Shown here: positions 17,454 through 26,415 of the stretch, piece by piece | How the letters are laid out: each line of letters starts with the position of its first letter | How positions within the stretch are numbered: position 1 is the stretch's first letter | NCBI GenBank assembly: GCA_963648915.1 | Contig: CAVJGY010000001.1 | Coordinates: 1 to 43,179 of the forward strand | Reading direction: 5' to 3' | Source: Acutalibacteraceae bacterium | GTDB lineage: Bacteria > Bacillota > Clostridia > Oscillospirales > Ruminococcaceae | DNA: 43,179 bases | Notes under the pieces: generated by a model | Database searches by the model: none | Seen by the model: only the letters and a program-made list of their open reading frames with translations | Told to the model about the DNA's origin: nothing | Position numbers and translations under genes: made by a program

Positions 17454-18509
17454 TTAATTCTTCTGGCGATGATGCTCGCCCTTATCCACATACATCCGCT
17501 GTTCGGCGACCTTCACCAGTGCGTCGATGTCGATGCCGCCTGCACTGTGGGTCGTAACGCCCACCGCCACCGAATAACCTTGCGTCTCGACGGCATCCGT
17601 GAAATGCTTCACCATGGCGCGGACCTCGCTTGCAGGTTCGTCGATGGCAAAGGCAATGAATTCATCGCCGCCGATTCGATAGGTATTTTCTCCGCCAAAG
17701 ATGGCCTGCATACTCCGGCCGACAACTTTGAGCATCCGGTCGCCTGCGGCGTGACCCTGCGTGTTGTTCAGCTCATGCAGGTTGTTCACATCGGCATAAA
17801 TGCAGCTCAGGGTGCTGGAGCAGAGGGTCGGATAACTTCGCACCTTCTCCTCGTAGGCGTTTCGGTTGAGCAGTCCGGTGCTCAGGTCGTGCTCCGCAAT
17901 GCGTCTCAGCTTGCTTCGGATGACGAAGTTGTCGTACATCGTTATCATCACGAAGGTGGACAGGATGCAGGACAGGATGCCGAACACCACACCATTCACG
18001 ATATCCATCGAGACGATGCGAGGCTCTTCAAAAATTCGTGCGCAGACCATGAAGGCGATGTCGAACACGATGATATTCAAGATCCTCTGGACGGGCCGCA
18101 TGATGAACACCAGCGGCACCGCCAGCAGGAAGGCCAGAAAGCTGGTCGCGGGCTGATTCCGTGTGGAGACGACGCCGATATAAATTCCCAGAATGTAAAT
18201 AGCTGCCTCGAATGCATACATCTCCCATGTCAGCAGGAGGCCGTTTGCATCCGGGAAAATTTTTGCAAGGGTCAGCAGACCAAAACAGATCGCCAGACCG
18301 ATGCCATAGGCCAGATGATTCCGGGACAGCACGCCCTGTCCGATGGGCATCAAAGACAGCAGGAGCAATGCCAGCAGAAACACGCAGCTGATGCTGAGGT
18401 AGGTGATAAGCTTTCTCTTATTCGATTTCTGGATCTCCGGCTTGCAGAGGTTGAAGTCCTCCGAATCCGCATTCGCATAGAACAGCAGGCTGTACAGCTT
18501 CTCGACCAC
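17454..18509 (-). CDS. Membrane-anchored diguanylate cyclase (GGDEF)
   Basis: About 6 N-terminal TM helices, then DLSTGLLNR, D.NNL.ELNNTQGHAAGD and YRIGGDEF. GTG start behind AAGGAGG. Confidence 0.88.
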   Translation of the reverse strand: MVEKLYSLLFYANADSEDFNLCKPEIQKSNKRKLITYLSISCVFLLALLLLSLMPIGQGVLSRNHLAYGIGLAICFGLLTLAKIFPDANGLLLTWEMYAFEAAIYILGIYIGVVSTRNQPATSFLAFLLAVPLVFIMRPVQRILNIIVFDIAFMVCARIFEEPRIVSMDIVNGVVFGILSCILSTFVMITMYDNFVIRSKLRRIAEHDLSTGLLNRNAYEEKVRSYPTLCSSTLSCIYADVNNLHELNNTQGHAAGDRMLKVVGRSMQAIFGGENTYRIGGDEFIAFAIDEPASEVRAMVKHFTDAVETQGYSVAVGVTTHSAGGIDIDALVKVAEQRMYVDKGEHHRQKN

Positions 18510-18642
18510 AGCTCTTCCTCCTTGACGAAACACAGTCTCTCTTCCCTGTGTTCCCCGCGTTTTCCCATAAAGGGATATTCAAAGATATTGTACCACGAAC
18601 CGCGCCAAAAGGAAACACCCTCGCTGTCCGGTTTTGCCGCCT

Positions 18643-18691
18643 ACGGGCAGTTTTCCACAGACAATGCCCTTGTCTGTGGAAAACTGCCCGT
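18643..18691. repeat. Perfect 22-bp inverted repeat containing two DnaA-box-like 9-mers
   Basis: ACGGGCAGTTTTCCACAGACAA-tgccc-TTGTCTGTGGAAAACTGCCCGT. Confidence 0.8.
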
Positions 18692-18709
18692 TCTCAAATT
18701 TTATCCATC

Positions 18710-18743
18710 AAAAAGCCCCGCCGCAAAAATTGCGGCGGGGCTT
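18710..18743 (-). terminator. Terminator of the cpdB-like gene
   Basis: AAGCCCCGCCGCAA-aaa-TTGCGGCGGGGCTT, with TTTTT on the minus strand. Confidence 0.75.
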
Positions 18744-18774
18744 CGCGCGAAGCGCGAGAATCCAATTTTAAAAT

Positions 18775-20589
18775 TTAGAATGCAGCGATATCTGCCTCGG
18801 TGATAGCCTTGCCAGCCAAAGTACGGCTGTCGGCATTCTCGGACAGAGCCAGCTTGCCTTCCTTCAGCAGCTCTACGGCCTTCTGGTGCTTTGCAGCATC
18901 CCAGTCATTGCCGATGATCTTCCAGTTGTTATCCACATCCGGCTCGATGACACCGCCCTTGACGGTGCGGATATACTCGCCCAGCAGCTCACGGACGCCG
19001 CCCACATCACCGCGGACGTCGATCTCGAGCAGCTGCGGCAGCTCCTCACCTGCGGTGAAGATATCCGCATAAGCAAGCAGCTGAGTCGTGGCGCGATAGT
19101 TGTTGACGGCCACGACAAAGCTCTCCTCGTCGTCCACCGGAGTACCATCGGGCCAAGTCAAATTCTGAATACGGTCACCCGGCTCTTTGGAGATGTCGAT
19201 GTCATAATCAACACCTGCAAAGGCATCATACAGGTAGTAGCGGGTGGACGGGTCGAATGCGATGGTGAGGTCGCCCGGCTCATAGGTCTTGAAGAAGGCC
19301 GCCGACCACTCCATGAAGCGGCGGAGCTGCCAGCCCTTCATCTGCAGCTTGTACAGGGTGTTCTGGTAAGTATAGATATTTGCCATATCGCACTTGCGGA
19401 GAACGCCTTCCTTTACCATCGAGGTCATCGAAGTCATGGAACATGCCGAGACCTTTGCGTCGGTGTAGTACATCTGGACCTCGTTGACGAAATCCAGCAT
19501 CGCAGTGTCCTCGATCATCGGCTGAGGAATTTCCGCAATTTCATTCTCCGGTGCAAGGTCGCCGCCGCGCAGTTCACCGATGGGCGTCACAGCGTCCTCC
19601 TTGGCGCGGGTGTCGTAGGAAGCCAACAGCTCGGTCAGAGCGGGGTCGGGCTCGTAGTCCTTGATGGTGAGGTTCTCGGAGGTGCGGTTGACGACCTTCC
19701 ACTTGCCGTTCATCTGACGCTCGAGGTAGAGATGAATTTCCGACAGCGTTGCGCCTGCGTTCTTGTTCTCGACGACGAGAACGCCGTTGATCATCTGGTT
19801 GGGGATACTCTTATGGCCGTGTGCGGCGACGATGACATCGAACTCGGGGCAGGCATTTGCCAAGTCGGTGACGCCAGAGCCAGCCACACCGTACTCGTTG
19901 TCGATGTCCATGTGCATAACGCCGACCAGAACGTCGACCTTGTTCTTGATCTGGTCGATGATCTTGCGGGACTCGTCCACCGGGTTGGTGACCGTCCAAC
20001 CCGTCAGGTTCTTGGCATCCCAACGGCTGATGTTGGGCGTGACCATACCGATGAGGCCGATCTTGACGCCCTTCTTGTTGATGATGGTGTAGCCGTCTGC
20101 CAGAGGCTTTCCCTCCGGGCTGTAGACATTGCCCGTCAGAACTTTGGCTTTCTGCTCTGCCATGACCTTTTCCAGAACATCCATGCCATAGTTGTACTCG
20201 TGGTTGCCCGTCGTCCAGACGTCATAGCCGATGGCATTCATCGCCGCGATCATCGGATGCACATCGTCGTTCAGGAACAGCTCGGCAGAGTTTGCCTGAA
20301 TGGTATCGCCCGCGTCGACCACCAGCGTGGTGTCGGTGCGGTTCTCCTTGATGGCGGTCGCCTGCTGTGCCACACTGCCCGAGGCGTCCGCCTTGTTTGC
20401 CGCATAATCCCACGGGTCGAACTTGCCGTGGGTGTCACTGGTCGCTAAAATCTGTAAGTCCATCTTCCATAAGTTCTTCAGGTCACAGGCCGATGCTGCC
20501 GGAGTCAGGCATCCTGCTGCCGCTGCAACGGTAGCGGATGCGGTCGCTGCCTTCAGAAAATTACGCCGGGAAATCATCTTGTTTTTCAT
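18775..20589 (-). CDS. Exported bifunctional metallophosphoesterase / 5'-nucleotidase (CpdB-like 2',3'-cyclic nucleotide phosphodiesterase)
   Basis: Twin-arginine-like SRRNFLK signal, calcineurin-like motifs TSDTHG, DAGD, GNHEYNYG and AHGH, and a C-terminal AVNNYRA 5'-nucleotidase domain. Confidence 0.85.
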   Translation of the reverse strand: MKNKMISRRNFLKAATASATVAAAAGCLTPAASACDLKNLWKMDLQILATSDTHGKFDPWDYAANKADASGSVAQQATAIKENRTDTTLVVDAGDTIQANSAELFLNDDVHPMIAAMNAIGYDVWTTGNHEYNYGMDVLEKVMAEQKAKVLTGNVYSPEGKPLADGYTIINKKGVKIGLIGMVTPNISRWDAKNLTGWTVTNPVDESRKIIDQIKNKVDVLVGVMHMDIDNEYGVAGSGVTDLANACPEFDVIVAAHGHKSIPNQMINGVLVVENKNAGATLSEIHLYLERQMNGKWKVVNRTSENLTIKDYEPDPALTELLASYDTRAKEDAVTPIGELRGGDLAPENEIAEIPQPMIEDTAMLDFVNEVQMYYTDAKVSACSMTSMTSMVKEGVLRKCDMANIYTYQNTLYKLQMKGWQLRRFMEWSAAFFKTYEPGDLTIAFDPSTRYYLYDAFAGVDYDIDISKEPGDRIQNLTWPDGTPVDDEESFVVAVNNYRATTQLLAYADIFTAGEELPQLLEIDVRGDVGGVRELLGEYIRTVKGGVIEPDVDNNWKIIGNDWDAAKHQKAVELLKEGKLALSENADSRTLAGKAITEADIAAF

Positions 20590-20802
20590 AAGAGCCTCCA
20601 CTTTCCATAGGTACTTTGTATTTTTAAGTATACGTCCACGTTCTGCTCTTTGGCAATGGCCGTTATAGAGAAAAATCTCTCTGAATTTTAGACAATTTCT
20701 CTATATCTCAAAAAAGTAAGACTTTTCTCTTCGGTCAGTTTAACACAGTTCATTCTTTGCATGAAACCAGCTTTATGAAAAACCGCTGTAAAATTTGCAG
20801 AC

Positions 20803-20843
20803 AAAAAGCCCCATGTCCGACGGATCCGTTCCGGCATGGGGCT
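20803..20843 (-). terminator. jag terminator
   Basis: AGCCCCATG ... CATGGGGCT stem with TTTTT on the minus strand. Confidence 0.7.
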
Positions 20844-20866
20844 CACTGTCCTGTTATGCTTTTAAA

Positions 20867-22033
20867 TCAGATCTCGATCTTGCCGAAGCTGAAATCTGCA
20901 AAGTCGTCCACACGCTCGGTGCGCTTGGGTGCGACGGGTGCGGCGTTCTCTGCATCACGGGGTGCATAAGTGCGCTCGGGCACACCGTTAGGACGCGGAC
21001 CACGGGAAGAACGGTTGCCGCGATAGCCACCATTGCGACCGCCGCGCTCGTTCCGGTCACCGCCGCGATAACCGCCGCGGTTGCCATTGGGACGGCGGCC
21101 ATTTCCGCCGCGGCCACCGCGCGGGCGACGCTCGCCGTAGGTGTTCTCGGTCTGTGCGTTGGGATCAGTGGAGTAGATGACGACGCGACGGTCACGGCCC
21201 TCGCCCTTGCTCTCACTCCGGACGCCCTCCATCTTGCCGATAGCAGAATGGATGATGCGGCGTTCGTAGGGGTTCATCGGCTCCATCGCAAAGCTGCGGC
21301 CAGTCTTGCGGACCTTTGCACCAATGCGCTGTGCCAGTGCGGTCAGGTCGCTCTCGCGCTTGCCGCGATAGCCTGCAACGTCCAGACCCAGCTTGATGTA
21401 GTCGCCCTCGAGACGGTTTGCAACGAGGCTTGCCAGATAGGACAGGCTCTCCATCGTCTCACCACGGCGGCCGATGAGTGCACCCAGCTTCTCACCATCC
21501 AGACGGATGATGGTAGCCTCGCCCTTCTGCACGGCACTGAAAGTGACGTCCTGCACGCCCATCAGGGTGATGACCTCGCGCAGGTACTCGACAGCAGCCT
21601 TGACCTTGGCGTTCTCCTCGATGTTGATGGGGACTTCCGGCTCTTCGCCCTCCTCGGTCGGCTCGGCCGCAGTCTCGACCGGAGCGGCCTCCACTGCGGG
21701 TACAGGCTCAGCGGCAGGCTCTTCCACCGGAGCAGCAGCCTCCACGACAGGAGCAGGCTCTTCGGCCTTCTCCTCCACGGGAGCGGCCGTTTCCTCGACG
21801 ACGGGAACGACAGGCTCCTCCACCACCGGGACAGCAGCCGGAGCATCCGGCTCTTCGACCTTTACCAGAACTTTGGCCGGGGTCAGCTTCAGACCCAGAA
21901 AACCAGTTTTCTGAGGCATTTCCAGAACCTCATAGCTCACGTTGAGGTCATCTGCCTGCACACCCAGCAGGGCGCAGGCCTTTGCGCGGGCTTCGTCAAC
22001 CGTCTTGCCGGTTGCTTCCTGAGTACGGATCAT
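20867..22033 (-). CDS. jag: RNA-binding protein Jag/EloR/KhpB
   Basis: Jag_N TGKTVDEA, a P/E/A-rich linker, KH domain LIGRRGET, R3H PMNPYERRIIH, and an RGG-rich tail. Confidence 0.92.
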   Translation of the reverse strand: MIRTQEATGKTVDEARAKACALLGVQADDLNVSYEVLEMPQKTGFLGLKLTPAKVLVKVEEPDAPAAVPVVEEPVVPVVEETAAPVEEKAEEPAPVVEAAAPVEEPAAEPVPAVEAAPVETAAEPTEEGEEPEVPINIEENAKVKAAVEYLREVITLMGVQDVTFSAVQKGEATIIRLDGEKLGALIGRRGETMESLSYLASLVANRLEGDYIKLGLDVAGYRGKRESDLTALAQRIGAKVRKTGRSFAMEPMNPYERRIIHSAIGKMEGVRSESKGEGRDRRVVIYSTDPNAQTENTYGERRPRGGRGGNGRRPNGNRGGYRGGDRNERGGRNGGYRGNRSSRGPRPNGVPERTYAPRDAENAAPVAPKRTERVDDFADFSFGKIEI

Positions 22034-22038
22034 AACCG

Positions 22039-23121
22039 TTAATCCTCCTTTTTGTGTTCCAGCTCGCTCAGCGGTACGGTGCGCTCGTCCTTATAGCGTT
22101 CGGCGTCCAGCTGACGGGCATACTCCAAACGACGCTTGTTCATCTCGCTTGCGGATACGTTCTTCTCGACGGTCTTTCCGGTCTTTTCATCGGTGACCTT
22201 GATGGTGGTGCTCTTCACGCCACGCTTCTCTTCCTTCTTGCGGGCGGCCATCTGCTCGAGGACCTCCTGCTTCATTTTTTCGGGGTCATAGATCTTCTTC
22301 ATGACGATGCTCTGGACGGTCATGAGGATGTTGGAAACGACATAGTACAGAGAGAATGCGCAGGGAACGGTGAAGCAAAAGAACAGATACATCAGCGGCA
22401 TCATATACATGGTCAGCTTCATGCTGCCCTGCATCTCCTGACCGGAGGCCTTCATGCTGATGTGGGTGGACAGGAACATCGTTACGATTGCCAGAATGGG
22501 GAAAATCAGCAGCGGCAGGTTCTCTGCTGCCAGGCTGTACTGAGGCACGCGGGTCAGGTCGATGCCGAAGAAGTCCATGTGCTGGCCGAACTCGGTGATG
22601 GTGCTGACCTGCTCCGGGGTGAAGCAGCTCGTCACGGTGGACTCGCCTGCCAGAACTTGTGCGATGATATTGGTATCGCGGGTAACGGTGGTGAAGCTGA
22701 TGCCCAGTGCGGTCAGAGCCTCACCTGCGGCGGTGATGGTGTCCGTACCGATGTGGAAAATGCGCTGCAGGGGGCGGTACACGACCTCGATGACGCCGAA
22801 CATGACAAGGAAGTTGACGAGCATCGGCAGACAGCCAGCGGAGGGCTTATAGCCGTACTGCTGGAGCTTGAGCATCTCTTCCTGCTGCTTTTCGGGCTTG
22901 TCCTTGTACTTTTTCTGGATGTCCATCAGCATGGGCTGGAATGCGGACATCCGCGCCATGCTCTTCTGCTGATTGAGCTGGAGCGGGATCTTCACCAGCG
23001 TGATGAGCATGGTGAACAGGATGATGTCCCAGCCATAGTTGGGGATCAGCTTGTAGATCCACTCCATTACATAGCCGAGAGGCCAGCCGAGGATGTATAA
23101 AGGATTCATATCTTCGTCCAT
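22039..23121 (-). CDS. yidC: Membrane protein insertase YidC/Oxa1
   Basis: NYGWDIILFT, GCLPML, FFGIDL, SLYYVVSN. The start could alternatively be 23109. Confidence 0.9.
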   Translation of the reverse strand: MDEDMNPLYILGWPLGYVMEWIYKLIPNYGWDIILFTMLITLVKIPLQLNQQKSMARMSAFQPMLMDIQKKYKDKPEKQQEEMLKLQQYGYKPSAGCLPMLVNFLVMFGVIEVVYRPLQRIFHIGTDTITAAGEALTALGISFTTVTRDTNIIAQVLAGESTVTSCFTPEQVSTITEFGQHMDFFGIDLTRVPQYSLAAENLPLLIFPILAIVTMFLSTHISMKASGQEMQGSMKLTMYMMPLMYLFFCFTVPCAFSLYYVVSNILMTVQSIVMKKIYDPEKMKQEVLEQMAARKKEEKRGVKSTTIKVTDEKTGKTVEKNVSASEMNKRRLEYARQLDAERYKDERTVPLSELEHKKED

Positions 23122-23206
23122 TCTGCCCCGTCTGTGGCACGGGACGTCTTATTTTTATCGAAGGACACCCCGCCCACAGTACGGCGCGTCACAAGAAGCA
23201 TAGTTT

Positions 23207-23518
23207 TCAACGCTTTCCATCGTGTCTGGTGGAAAACAGTCTTGCCGGGGAGAGCTTTCGCTCCGGATTCGTCCAGCGGCCTTTTTCGGGCACAGGGTCG
23301 AACCCCCATCTCCCCAGCGGATTGCACCGGGAGATCCGGGCGACCGTCAGCAGCAATCCCTTGACACAGCCATGCGTTTCGATGGCCTGCAATGCGTAGT
23401 TGCTGCAGGACGGGCTGAACCGGCAGTTTCGTCCCAGAGCCGGGCTGATAAACCGCTGATAGAACCGGATCGGCGTACAGAGGGCGCGGCGGCAGCTCTG
23501 CCGGAATCTGCTGCTCAC
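23207..23518 (-). CDS. yidD: Membrane protein insertion efficiency factor YidD
   Basis: [27 protein letters not shown]...RI.RCNP...GFDPVP. Confidence 0.93.
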   Translation of the reverse strand: MSSRFRQSCRRALCTPIRFYQRFISPALGRNCRFSPSCSNYALQAIETHGCVKGLLLTVARISRCNPLGRWGFDPVPEKGRWTNPERKLSPARLFSTRHDGKR

Positions 23519-23916
23519 TGGGCAGCGTCCGGCTTCCGCACGGGCGGAAGAGTCGCCGGGGGCGGTGCATCCGGCCGCTTGGCCTTATCGGGCAGCCCTG
23601 CCTGTGCGAACAGCTTTGCAACGACGCTGCTCACCTGCCAGCTCTTCAGGCGGGGGGTCATCCCGCGGGCAACGAATACGAGATCATAGCCGCCGATGTT
23701 ATAGTCCAGATGCTCGTCGATGGCGGCTTTCATGACCCGGCGCGCACGATTGCGCTGGACAGCATGGCCGATCTTCTTGGTGGCCGTCAGACCCACCCGG
23801 GTCTTTTTGCTGCGGGTCTTGAGGACGTAGAGCACCAGTGCCGGGTTGACATAGGACTTTCCGCGTGCATACACCCGGCCGAACTCGCTGTTGCGTTTGA
23901 GCGGTCGATAACGCAT
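23515..23916 (-). CDS. rnpA: Ribonuclease P protein component
   Basis: [26 protein letters not shown] (RNR motif), AAGGAGGTG RBS. Confidence 0.93.
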   Translation of the reverse strand: MRYRPLKRNSEFGRVYARGKSYVNPALVLYVLKTRSKKTRVGLTATKKIGHAVQRNRARRVMKAAIDEHLDYNIGGYDLVFVARGMTPRLKSWQVSSVVAKLFAQAGLPDKAKRPDAPPPATLPPVRKPDAAQ

Positions 23917-23987
23917 TTCCGGCACCTCCTTTTCGGAAAATTCGATTTGGGGAGCATCGTTCCGGTAAAAGACAATGCTCATGTTTC

Positions 23988-24016
23988 AGTATAGCAAAAA
24001 AACGCCGACTTTGAAA
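23988..24016 (-). promoter_or_regulatory. Putative sigmaA promoter of rnpA-yidD-yidC-jag
   Basis: TTTCAA-17 bp-TATACT with extended TG. Confidence 0.55.
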
Positions 24017-24094
24017 GTGTGTCCGGGCGTTTTTCAGTACAATTCTTGGCGAAAATTTTAGTTAAAACGTCAATGCCCCGCTCGAGGGGAAAAT

Positions 24095-24129
24095 AAAAAA
24101 GGCCGCCAATTCGATATCAGCGGCCTTTT
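24095..24129. terminator. Terminator after rpmH
   Basis: AAAAAAGGCCGC ... GCGGCCTTTT. Confidence 0.65.
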
Positions 24130-24175
24130 GTGCGCATGTTCAATTCTGCGCCCGACCCATCGCAATGCAGCGGGA

Positions 24176-24310
24176 TCAGACAGTCAGGCTCTTGCGGCCC
24201 TTAGCACGGCGAGCATTGATGACCTTACGGCCGTTCTTGGTGCTCATGCGGGTCAGAAAGCCATGAACTTCCTTGCGCTGACGCTTCTTGGGCTGAAAAG
24301 TTCTCTTCAT
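24176..24310 (-). CDS. rpmH: 50S ribosomal protein L34
   Basis: [52 protein letters not shown]. Confidence 0.97.
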   Translation of the reverse strand: MKRTFQPKKRQRKEVHGFLTRMSTKNGRKVINARRAKGRKSLTV

Positions 24311-24391
24311 GGTTGTATCCTCCGTAAAAACTTGTCCCCTATGAATGGGGTCTTTCGTGAGTCCCAGATGGGGACAGGCTTGCAATTCAAC

Positions 24392-24421
24392 AGTATATCG
24401 CACACTATCCCCTTCTGTCAA
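24392..24421 (-). promoter_or_regulatory. sigmaA promoter of rpmH
   Basis: TTGACA-18 bp-TATACT. Confidence 0.75.
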
Positions 24422-24612
24422 GCACTTTTTTCGCTTTCCTTCAAACTTTTTGTGAATTTTCTTGTGAAAAGATTTTCAACTTTTTCACCGTTTTCCGGTG
24501 GAAAACCTTTTATCCACCATATCTTGTGGCCGTTTCTTCTGTTGGACACAAGACTTTTGGCCGGACGAAGATACGTCTTTTCTTATGTATTATAAATTAC
24601 CTTATAGTAATA

Positions 24613-24641
24613 TAGACGCAGGGAGATTTTTGTGGTATACT
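24613..24641 (+). promoter_or_regulatory. sigmaA promoter of dnaA
   Basis: TAGACG-17 bp-TATACT with extended TG. Confidence 0.7.
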
Positions 24642-24690
24642 AATCTAGTATCAGCAGCATTGTTGAAAACTTCAATGGAGTGGATGTTTT

Positions 24691-26013
24691 ATGGATTCTT
24701 TCAAGGACGTTTTAGAGGCCGCTCAGAGCTACTGCAAAACGCAGATGGCTGAGCCGACCTATAATCTTTATATCGACGGCCTCGAGCCCATCAGCTTTGA
24801 GGACTCGAGCCACATCACCCTCTCGGTCCGGAACGATTTTATCTGCAAGATTGTCACCGACCGCTATCTCGGCCTGCTTAAGGAGGCGTTCAAGACCGTG
24901 CTGGGCTTCGACGTGGACATCACCCTCGTCGTCCCAAGCACCCCGCCCCACGAGGTCGTTCTCGCACAGCAGTATGAGGCAAACCCCGCCTCTCCGCAGG
25001 GAAATTATGAGTTCACCTTCGAGAACTTCATCAAAGGCCCGTCCAACCAGTTCGCATTCGCGGCTGCACAGGCGGTCGCGGCCAATCCCTCGGGCGCATA
25101 CAATCCGCTGTTCATCTATGGCGGCTCAGGTCTGGGCAAGACTCACCTGCTGACCGCCATCCAGACCGAGATCAAGCGCACCCACCCCGATTTCGTCATC
25201 ATGTATGTCACCTGCGAGCAGTTCACCAACGAGCTGATCGCCGCCATCCGTGCCGGAAGTACGGAAGATTTCCGGATGAAATACCGCGTCGCCGACCTGC
25301 TGCTGGTCGACGATATCCAGTTCATCGCCGGAAAAGAATCGACGCAGGAAGAATTTTTCCACACCTTCAACTCTCTGCACGACGCACACAAGCAGATCGT
25401 CATCGCCTCCGATCGCCCCGCAAAGGAGATCAAGAGCCTCGAAGAGCGTCTGCGCACCCGCTTCGAGTGGGGTCTGACTGCCGATGTCCAGCCGCCAGAT
25501 TTTGAGACCCGTGTTGCCATCGTCAAGCGCAAGGCAGAGCTTCTCCACCTCGACCTGCCCGAGGACGTTGCGGAATTTATCGCGAACCATCTGAAAAATA
25601 ACATCCGTCAGCTCGAGGGAGCGGTCAAAAAACTGAACGCCTACTACATGCTCGAGGGCATCCAGCCGGTCATCAGCGTCGCACAGAATGCCATCAAGGA
25701 TATCCTGAACGAGACGCAGCCCGTGCCGGTCACCATCGAGAAGATCGTGGGTGAGGTTTCGCGTACCTTCAATGTTTCTCCCGCCGACATCCGTGGTACG
25801 AAGCGGAACGCAAACGTCGCCTCTGCCCGTCGTGTCGCCATCTACATCCTGCGGGAGGTCACCGGAATGAGCATGGAGGAGATCGGCCGTGAATTCTCCG
25901 GCCGCGACCATTCCACTATCGTCTACTCCCTCAAAACGATGGAGCGTGACATGAAAAACGACCAGCATTTGCGGGAAACAGTCAGCGACATCATCAAAAA
26001 CGTCAAAGCATAA
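24691..26013 (+). CDS. dnaA: Chromosomal replication initiator DnaA
   Basis: YNPLFIYGGSGLGKTHL, DDIQF, QEEFFHTFN, NIRQLEGA, GRDHST. Confidence 0.97.
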   Translation: MDSFKDVLEAAQSYCKTQMAEPTYNLYIDGLEPISFEDSSHITLSVRNDFICKIVTDRYLGLLKEAFKTVLGFDVDITLVVPSTPPHEVVLAQQYEANPASPQGNYEFTFENFIKGPSNQFAFAAAQAVAANPSGAYNPLFIYGGSGLGKTHLLTAIQTEIKRTHPDFVIMYVTCEQFTNELIAAIRAGSTEDFRMKYRVADLLLVDDIQFIAGKESTQEEFFHTFNSLHDAHKQIVIASDRPAKEIKSLEERLRTRFEWGLTADVQPPDFETRVAIVKRKAELLHLDLPEDVAEFIANHLKNNIRQLEGAVKKLNAYYMLEGIQPVISVAQNAIKDILNETQPVPVTIEKIVGEVSRTFNVSPADIRGTKRNANVASARRVAIYILREVTGMSMEEIGREFSGRDHSTIVYSLKTMERDMKNDQHLRETVSDIIKNVKA

Positions 26014-26415
26014 AACGGGAGAAGTCTGACTCTTGCAGGAGCAGTCGAACCCCAAATATAGGGAAAAACCGGAAGAAAACGTACAAAACGGAACAAGATA
26101 TTGTGGTCGAAGCCCAAACCTTTCCACTCTTTCCACCAAGTTTTCAACATTCAACCTCCGATATCAACATCGCCTGTGGAAAGATCCCGGACAGCACACC
26201 ATTCAACGATCCTTTCACATCACATTCACAATCCCGTGGAAAACAAAACCTCCGCATGATTCCAGCACTTTTCCGAGTTTTCAACATCTTCCCCACTCCC
26301 TACTACGATTACTACAACAAGTTCAATATAGAAAACAGGATTTCTCAGACAAAACAATGGGAAACAACTGCATTTCTCTGTGAAAAACAATTTTCTTGAG
26401 AAGGAGAGACCAAAT
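26014..26415. other. oriC (dnaA-dnaN intergenic unwinding region)
   Basis: Degenerate DnaA-box-like 9-mers (TTTTCAACA at 26141 and 26278, TTTCCAC/GTGGAAA variants) and a DnaA-trio-like run CTA CTA CGA TTA CTA CAA CAA at 26300-26320. Gene orientation flips at rpmH/dnaA. Confidence 0.8.

Noticed and set aside
17482..18937. Perfect TTATCCACA boxes at 17482 and 18929
   Set aside because: They are isolated, lie inside coding sequence (VDK/VDN codons), and are compatible with chance.
20750..20790. Same direct-repeat regulator site as 41153 upstream of the cpdB-like gene
   Set aside because: Similar hexamers are present, but they are spaced 13 and 14 bp rather than 11.
21640..21850. Low-complexity repeats in jag as a tandem repeat or CRISPR array
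   Set aside because: They encode the Pro/Glu/Ala-rich linker and show no constant repeat-spacer structure.
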